NCBI GenBank assembly: GCA_964536045.1
Contig: CAZHWX010000001.1
Span: 1 to 37,278 of the forward strand
DNA: 37,278 bases
DNA from: an uncultured Candidatus Saccharibacteria bacterium
GTDB taxonomy: Bacteria; Patescibacteriota; Minisyncoccia; UBA6257; GWB1-50-10
Direction of reading: 5' to 3'
The position numbers and the translations under genes were made by a program. The stretch's first letter is position 1. Each line of letters begins with the position of its first letter. The notes beneath the pieces are model-generated. The model was not told the DNA's origin, made no database searches, and worked only from the letters and a program-made list of their open reading frames with translations. Below are positions 32,164 through 37,278 of this stretch, piece after piece.

Positions 32164-33968
32164 CTCCTGCTCCGTTAGAAAATTTCTTATTAGACGCTAC
32201 TTCTAAAGCCCACTTGCGAGAGGTGCCATTAAATAGGCGGGGGTTAGTTTTAGTTTTCACTTTTGCGGTTGTGATTTTTTTATTTTTTTTAATTAGATTT
32301 CTTTATTTAGGTTTTTGGAATCACGAATTTTATTCCGCTCGGGCCATACGCAATGTTAGTGGTAGTGAAATAAAACCAGCTCCACGTGGGGTTATTTATG
32401 ATCGTTTTGAAAATCTATTAGTAGAAAATGCCCCCTCTTTTAATGTGGTTTTAATACCTCGAGAATTACCCAAAGATGAAAAATTAAGAGAGGAAGCAGT
32501 TAAAAAAGCTTCCGAGCTTGCAGGTCGGGAATCCGAAGAATTAATTTTAGAAATTAACGCTAGGGATTGGAGTAGGGCAGATAGATTAATTTTGGTTTCT
32601 GATGCTACCCAAGAACAGTTGGTGGAATTTGAAACTCAAAAAATATCTGGAGTTAAGTTGGAGCCGGGTTTTCGTCGGTCGGTAAAAACGGGGGCGGCAC
32701 ACATAGTTGGTTATACCGGTTTAGTAAACGCAAAAGATTTAGCGAGTAATCAGTCTTTAGTCCACCAGGATTTAATTGGACGTACTGGCTTAGAGGCTCA
32801 ATATGACGATGTATTGAGAGGAGAAAACGGAGAGGAGGTTATTTTCAGAGGAGAAGCTCAAGACAAAAGAACCTTAAAAGAAGCGGTTCCTGGAAAAAAT
32901 TTAAAAACTTTTATTGATGGAGAATTTCAAGAATTTTTGCGGACTAGGTTGAGTCAGGCTTTGAAAGATTTGGGTCGGGATTCGGGTGCGGCTTTAGCTT
33001 TAAATCCACAAAACGGTGAAGTTTTAGCGTTGGTTAGTTTTCCAGATTTTGATGCTAATAAAATTTCCGCTGCCTTAAAAATTCCTAATCAGCCACTTTT
33101 TAACCGAATTGTTTCGGGTCGGTATAATCCAGGTTCTACCATTAAACCCTTAGTGGCGTCCGCCGCGTTAGCCGAAGGGGTGGCTACTCCACAAACTAAT
33201 ATTTATTCCGCAGGATTTATAGAAATTCCTAATCCTTATCAACCAGATAAGCCGAGCCGATTCGTAGAATTTAATAATCACGTATATGGCTGGGTAGATG
33301 TCCCGGAGGCTCTCGCTAAATCTAGTAACGTCTTTTTTTACGCGGTAGGTGGAGGCTTTGAGCGTCAGGTGGGTTTAGGGATTTGGAAAATAAAAGAATG
33401 GTGGCAAAAGTTTCGTTTAGATCAGCCAACAGGTATTGATTTACCGAGTGAGGCAGTTGGGTTTTTACCAGATCCAGAGTGGAAAGAAAAAACCACGGGT
33501 CAGCCGTGGCGGTTGGGAGATACATATAACGTGGCTATTGGTCAGGGAGATTTTTCTATAACTCCGTTAGAACTTTTAAATTATATTTCAGCCATAGCTA
33601 ATGGCGGAAAGTTAAATAAGTTAAGGGTGGTAGATCCGGAACCGGAGGTTTTAAAGGATTTAACTTCGGAACTGAATCCGGTACTTAGTTATGTACGCAG
33701 GGGAATGAAAGATGCGGTGGAAAAAGATTATGGGACTGCTTATCTTTTACACACCTTACCTTTTGAGGTGGGGGCTAAAACTGGTTCTGCTCAGGTAGAA
33801 AATAATTCTAAAACCAATGCTTTTTTTGTGGGTTTTGCACCTTTTGAAAATCCTGAGGTGGCCATACTTATTTTGATTGAAAATGCGCGGGAGGGTAGTT
33901 CTAATACTGTGCCCGTAGCCAAGGACGCTTTTCTGTGGTACTATGACCACCGTCTTAAAACCCCTTAA
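32160..33968 (+). CDS. mrdA: penicillin-binding protein 2 (class B transpeptidase)
   Basis: ATGA overlap with mreD. N-terminal TM segment and PBP dimerisation domain. The transpeptidase triad is 'GSTIKP' (SxxK), 'KSSNVFF' (SxN) and 'KTGSAQ' (KTG). Confidence 0.92.
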   Translation: MTPAPLENFLLDATSKAHLREVPLNRRGLVLVFTFAVVIFLFFLIRFLYLGFWNHEFYSARAIRNVSGSEIKPAPRGVIYDRFENLLVENAPSFNVVLIPRELPKDEKLREEAVKKASELAGRESEELILEINARDWSRADRLILVSDATQEQLVEFETQKISGVKLEPGFRRSVKTGAAHIVGYTGLVNAKDLASNQSLVHQDLIGRTGLEAQYDDVLRGENGEEVIFRGEAQDKRTLKEAVPGKNLKTFIDGEFQEFLRTRLSQALKDLGRDSGAALALNPQNGEVLALVSFPDFDANKISAALKIPNQPLFNRIVSGRYNPGSTIKPLVASAALAEGVATPQTNIYSAGFIEIPNPYQPDKPSRFVEFNNHVYGWVDVPEALAKSSNVFFYAVGGGFERQVGLGIWKIKEWWQKFRLDQPTGIDLPSEAVGFLPDPEWKEKTTGQPWRLGDTYNVAIGQGDFSITPLELLNYISAIANGGKLNKLRVVDPEPEVLKDLTSELNPVLSYVRRGMKDAVEKDYGTAYLLHTLPFEVGAKTGSAQVENNSKTNAFFVGFAPFENPEVAILILIENAREGSSNTVPVAKDAFLWYYDHRLKTP

Positions 33969-33971
33969 TTT

Positions 33972-34433
33972 ATGAACCCAAAGAACTACTTGTCTCCAGA
34001 GAGACAGCGGGAAATAACCGAAGAGTTAGATAGTTTGCGTACTAGTGGCCGTAAAGATGTGGCCGAGCGTTTGAAGGCTGCTAAAGAGCTCGGTGATTTG
34101 TCGGAAAACTCCGATTATCACGAAGCTCGTGAAGAGCAGGCCCGTTTAGAAACTAGAATTGCAGAGTTAGAAGAAATATTGCGTCACGCAGTAATTGTGC
34201 GACGTTCGGAAAGCGTGGGTACAGTTCGTGTTGGCTCTAATGTGAAGGTTAAGAGAAATGGGGAGAAGTTAAGTTATACAATTGTTGGTTCTAGTGAATC
34301 CCGTCCAGCAGAAGGTTTGATTTCTAATGAATCACCGGTTGGTCAGGCTCTCTTAGGTAAAAAACCAGGAGATTCTGTAAAAGTTCGGACTCCGGGTGGA
34401 GAGGTGGAGTATGAAATTTTAAGCATTGAGTAA
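33972..34433 (+). CDS. greA: transcription elongation factor GreA
   Basis: The coiled-coil N-domain carries 'GDLSENSDYHEAREEQARLETRIAELE'. The C-terminal FKBP-like domain reads 'ISNESPVGQALLGKKPGDSV'. Confidence 0.95.
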   Translation: MNPKNYLSPERQREITEELDSLRTSGRKDVAERLKAAKELGDLSENSDYHEAREEQARLETRIAELEEILRHAVIVRRSESVGTVRVGSNVKVKRNGEKLSYTIVGSSESRPAEGLISNESPVGQALLGKKPGDSVKVRTPGGEVEYEILSIE

Positions 34434-35884
34434 TGCTCGATCAATTAATTGCTGAGAGAAAGCGTAAATTAGAAAAATACCGAGAAGTTCGGGAAGCTTA
34501 TCCGGGCGAAGGTAGAAAGCGCTCTACTATTGCGGAAGTTGCAATTAATTTCAAAAAATTTTTAAAAAAGAAAACTAAAGTAAGAGTAGTGGGTCGTATC
34601 GTTTCGTTGCGTGATCAAGGTAAAATAGCTTTTTGGGAATTAGCAGATGAAAGTGGTCGGATGCAGATGGTTTTGAGTGCTCAAAAAATTAAAGATTTTA
34701 ATTTTATTTCCCAAACTTTTGATTTGGGAGATTTTGCAGAAGTGGAAGGGATTCCAATTGTGACTAAGCGTGGCACAGAAAGTTTAGAAATTAAGAAGGT
34801 GGTTATGCTTTCTAAGTCTTTACGCCAATTACCGTCGGAGTGGTTTGGTTTGGCAGACGAAGAAGCTAAATTACGGAAGCGTTATTTAGATATTTTATTA
34901 AATCCAGAAGTTAAAAAACTTTTTGTTCAAAAGGCTAAATTTTGGTCGGCCATCAGAAAAAGTTTAGAAGAGGCTAACTTTTTAGAAGTTCAAACTCCAG
35001 TTTTAGAAAATGTGCCGGGTGGAGCAGAGGCGGAGCCATTTGTTACACATCACAATGCACTAGATGTAGATTTTTATTTGCGCATCTCTTTAGAATTACC
35101 ACTTAAAAAATTATTAGTGGCGGGTTACGAAAAAGTTTTTGAAATTGGTAGGATTTTTAGAAACGAAGGAATTGATCGAGAGCATTTGCAGGACTACACC
35201 CAGATGGAGTGTTATTGGGCATATGCGGATTATAAACAGATGATGAAGTTTACGCGGGAAATGTATCTTCGTGCAATTAAAGAAGCTTTTGGTACGTTGA
35301 AATTAAAAACGGTAGATGGTGCAGTTATTAATTGGGGGGCTAAGTGGCCAGAAGTAGACTACGAAACCGAATTTAAAAAGGGGACTGGCTTAGTTTTAGC
35401 TAAAGCTACGGATGCGGAATTGTTTACTAAAGCTAAAGAATTAAAATTAGAAATTCCGAAGGGAGCGGGTCGGGCGCGCTTAATTGATATTTTATTTAAG
35501 AAAACTTGCCGACCTAAATTAATTAATCCGTGTTTCTTAATTAATCCACCAGTAGATATTGAACCGTTAGCTAAGCGTTTACCAAATGATGCTCGTCGTG
35601 TCGCGCGATTTCAGATTGTGGCCTTAGGTAGTGAGTTAGGTAAGGGTTTTTCGGAGTTAAATGATCCACTTGATCAACGCTCTAGATTTGAAGAACAGGA
35701 AAAGGCGCGAGCTGGTGGAGATGTGGAGGCACAGAGAATAGATGAGGACTTTTTAGAGGCGATGGAATATGGTATGCCACCGGCCGCTGGTTTCGGTATG
35801 TCGGAGCGCCTATTTGCCTTCTTTGCGGGTAAGACTGTTAGAGAAGCTTCTATTTTCCCATTAGCTAGACCTGAAGAAAAATAA
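34433..35884 (+). CDS. lysS: lysyl-tRNA synthetase, class II
   Basis: TAATG overlap with greA. N-terminal OB fold 'VRVVGRIVSLRDQGKIAFWELADESGRMQ', 'FLEVQTPVL', 'IGRIFRNEGIDREHLQDYTQMECYWAYADY', 'ELGKGFSELNDP' and 'GMPPAAGFGMSERL'. Confidence 0.95.
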   Translation: MLDQLIAERKRKLEKYREVREAYPGEGRKRSTIAEVAINFKKFLKKKTKVRVVGRIVSLRDQGKIAFWELADESGRMQMVLSAQKIKDFNFISQTFDLGDFAEVEGIPIVTKRGTESLEIKKVVMLSKSLRQLPSEWFGLADEEAKLRKRYLDILLNPEVKKLFVQKAKFWSAIRKSLEEANFLEVQTPVLENVPGGAEAEPFVTHHNALDVDFYLRISLELPLKKLLVAGYEKVFEIGRIFRNEGIDREHLQDYTQMECYWAYADYKQMMKFTREMYLRAIKEAFGTLKLKTVDGAVINWGAKWPEVDYETEFKKGTGLVLAKATDAELFTKAKELKLEIPKGAGRARLIDILFKKTCRPKLINPCFLINPPVDIEPLAKRLPNDARRVARFQIVALGSELGKGFSELNDPLDQRSRFEEQEKARAGGDVEAQRIDEDFLEAMEYGMPPAAGFGMSERLFAFFAGKTVREASIFPLARPEEK

Positions 35885-35897
35885 AAATAAAAAATAT

Positions 35898-37160
35898 ATG
35901 TTAGACATTAATTTAATACGTACTAATCCAGATGAGGTTCGGGCGGGAGTAGAAAAGAAAGGAGTAGATTCTAAATTAGTAGATAAAATTTCTCGAGCCG
36001 ACGAAGATTGGCGAGAAAAAGTTGCATCCCTTGAAACCATGAAGGCGGAGCAAAATTTACTTTCTAAGGATTTAGCTAAAGCTCAAACTGAAGATTTAAT
36101 TGCTAAAGCTAGTGTATTAAAAAAGCGCGTGGCGGAAATGCAGGAAGAAGTTAATGCTTTAAAAACTAAACGGGATGAAATTTTAAATCGCTTACCTAAT
36201 TTACCATTAGCTGATGTGTTGGTGGGTAAAGATGATTCGGAAAATAAAGTAGCTCGTACAGTTGGAACTCCAACTAATTTTGATTTTGAACCAAAAGATT
36301 ATATGGCAATTGGTGAGACCTTAGATATTATCGACACAGAGCGCGCTTCTAAGGTTTCGGGTAGTCGGTTTGGCTATTTAAAAGGAGACGGAGCTTTGTT
36401 GGAGTTTGCTTTAATTCAGTACGCTATAAATAAATTAGTTGCTAAAGGATTCAAGCCGGTTGTGCCACCAGTCATGATTAAGCCAGAGATGATGTCGGCT
36501 ATGGGTTATATGGATGCGCATGGCGATGAAATTTATCAGCTTAAAGATGATCCATTAGTTTTAGTGGGAACTTCGGAGCAATCGGTGGGGGCGATGCACG
36601 CGGATGAAACTTTAGCGGTAGAGAAAGATCCAATTCGGTACGTGGCTTTTTCTACTTGTTTCCGTCGCGAAGCGGGGAGTTATGGAAAGGACACTAAAGG
36701 AATTTTGCGAGTGCACCAATTTGATAAATTGGAAATGTTTTCATTTATCAAGCCAGAAGATTCTTTGAAGGAACACGACTTTTTACTTTCTTGTGAAGAA
36801 GATTTGCTTAGTGGTCTAGGCTTACCATATCAGGTGATAGATATTTGTTCTGGTGATTTGGGTACTCCAGCAGCAAAGAAGTGGGATTTGGAAGCTTGGG
36901 TGCCATCGCAGAAGACCTATCGGGAAACTCACTCTACTTCTAATTGCACCGATTTTCAGGCGCGTCGTTTAAATATCGGGTGGAAAAATCCAACTACTAA
37001 GAAGCGGGAACTAGTTCACACTTTGAATGGTACTGCTTTTGCAATTGGTCGTACGATTATTGCGATTTTAGAAAATTATCAAACTGCGGATGGGTCTGTA
37101 ATAATTCCGGAGGCTCTACGGCCCTATATGATGGGGAAGGAGAAAATAACTAAGAATTAG
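35898..37160 (+). CDS. serS: seryl-tRNA synthetase
   Basis: 'MLDINLIRTNPDEV' followed by a long coiled coil. Motif 2 is 'FRREAGSYGKDTKGILRVHQFDKLEMF' and motif 3 is 'TLNGTAFAIGRTIIAILENYQ'. Confidence 0.96.
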   Translation: MLDINLIRTNPDEVRAGVEKKGVDSKLVDKISRADEDWREKVASLETMKAEQNLLSKDLAKAQTEDLIAKASVLKKRVAEMQEEVNALKTKRDEILNRLPNLPLADVLVGKDDSENKVARTVGTPTNFDFEPKDYMAIGETLDIIDTERASKVSGSRFGYLKGDGALLEFALIQYAINKLVAKGFKPVVPPVMIKPEMMSAMGYMDAHGDEIYQLKDDPLVLVGTSEQSVGAMHADETLAVEKDPIRYVAFSTCFRREAGSYGKDTKGILRVHQFDKLEMFSFIKPEDSLKEHDFLLSCEEDLLSGLGLPYQVIDICSGDLGTPAAKKWDLEAWVPSQKTYRETHSTSNCTDFQARRLNIGWKNPTTKKRELVHTLNGTAFAIGRTIIAILENYQTADGSVIIPEALRPYMMGKEKITKN

Positions 37161-37170
37161 AGAATAAACA

Positions 37171-37197
37171 AAAAACCACCCTTGGGTGGTTTTTTGT
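37171..37197 (+). terminator. rho-independent terminator after serS
   Basis: AAAAACCACC-CTTG-GGTGGTTTTTTGTTT is a GC stem with a tetraloop and a T-run, about 10 nt after the stop. Confidence 0.85.
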
Positions 37198-37224
37198 TTG
37201 CTAAAAAGTTGTAAACTTAGGGGA

Positions 37225-37278
37225 ATGGTTCGAAAGATTATTTGGTTTTTGGTAATCGCTGGTTTGGCTTACGCCAGC
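37225..37278 (+). CDS. 5' end of an ORF running off the window (signal peptide/TM-like start)
   Basis: The ATG at 37225 gives MVRKIIWFLVIAGLAYAS... Only 18 codons are visible, so coding status is not verifiable. Confidence 0.3.
   Translation, partial: MVRKIIWFLVIAGLAYAS

Noticed and set aside
1-37278. Alternative genetic code (UGA recoding, as in some candidate phyla), CRISPR arrays, and mobile elements
   Set aside because: TGA terminates well-defined genes at the expected lengths (for example frr at 27676-27678 and rpiB), and all conserved proteins read through intact with code 11. No repeat-spacer periodicity was seen, and no transposase, integrase or terminal inverted repeat.

Overview
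The window is a compact, AT-rich (about 40% GC by eye), almost single-strand bacterial chromosome segment in the standard genetic code. About 44 genes are present and only two lie on the minus strand. It contains housekeeping blocks. One is the infA-rpmJ-rpsM-rpsK-rpsD-rpoA-rplQ-rplM-rpsI operon. Others are secDF, tgt, a three-gene tRNA array, and a sugar-phosphate island (gap, rpiB, rpe, split transketolase, PfkB kinase, unknown protein, DUF2090/LacD-like aldolase). There is also a cell-shape block (two mreB paralogs, mreC, mreD, PBP2) interleaved with holB, frr, rseP and proS, followed by greA, lysS and serS. No transposase, integrase, CRISPR array or long repeat was seen. Several features are consistent with a reduced Candidate Phyla Radiation/Patescibacteria-type genome, which is an inference, not a search result. 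These are truncated core proteins (RpoA without the alpha-CTD, short L13, ProRS without the INS editing domain), near-absence of Shine-Dalgarno motifs, frequent ATGA/TAATG start-stop overlaps, and several lineage-style conserved hypothetical membrane proteins. Five points deserve a second look. (1) The tRNA array holds an Asn-like tRNA that reads as anticodon ATT, and an Ala-bodied tRNA (G3.U70, A73, G20) that carries the Gly anticodon GCC. (2) A three-gene membrane module of unknown function (6531-9985) includes a membrane-anchored HEPN-like Rx4H protein and sits just downstream of a sigma-region-4 plus HARE-HTH protein. (3) A PfkB kinase, an unknown protein and a class I aldolase-like protein form a translationally coupled trio inside the pentose-phosphate/glycolysis island. 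(4) The RNA polymerase alpha subunit is truncated. (5) A 70% GC islet with a coupled micro-ORF lies downstream of tgt. All family assignments come from motif recognition by eye; no database search was possible.
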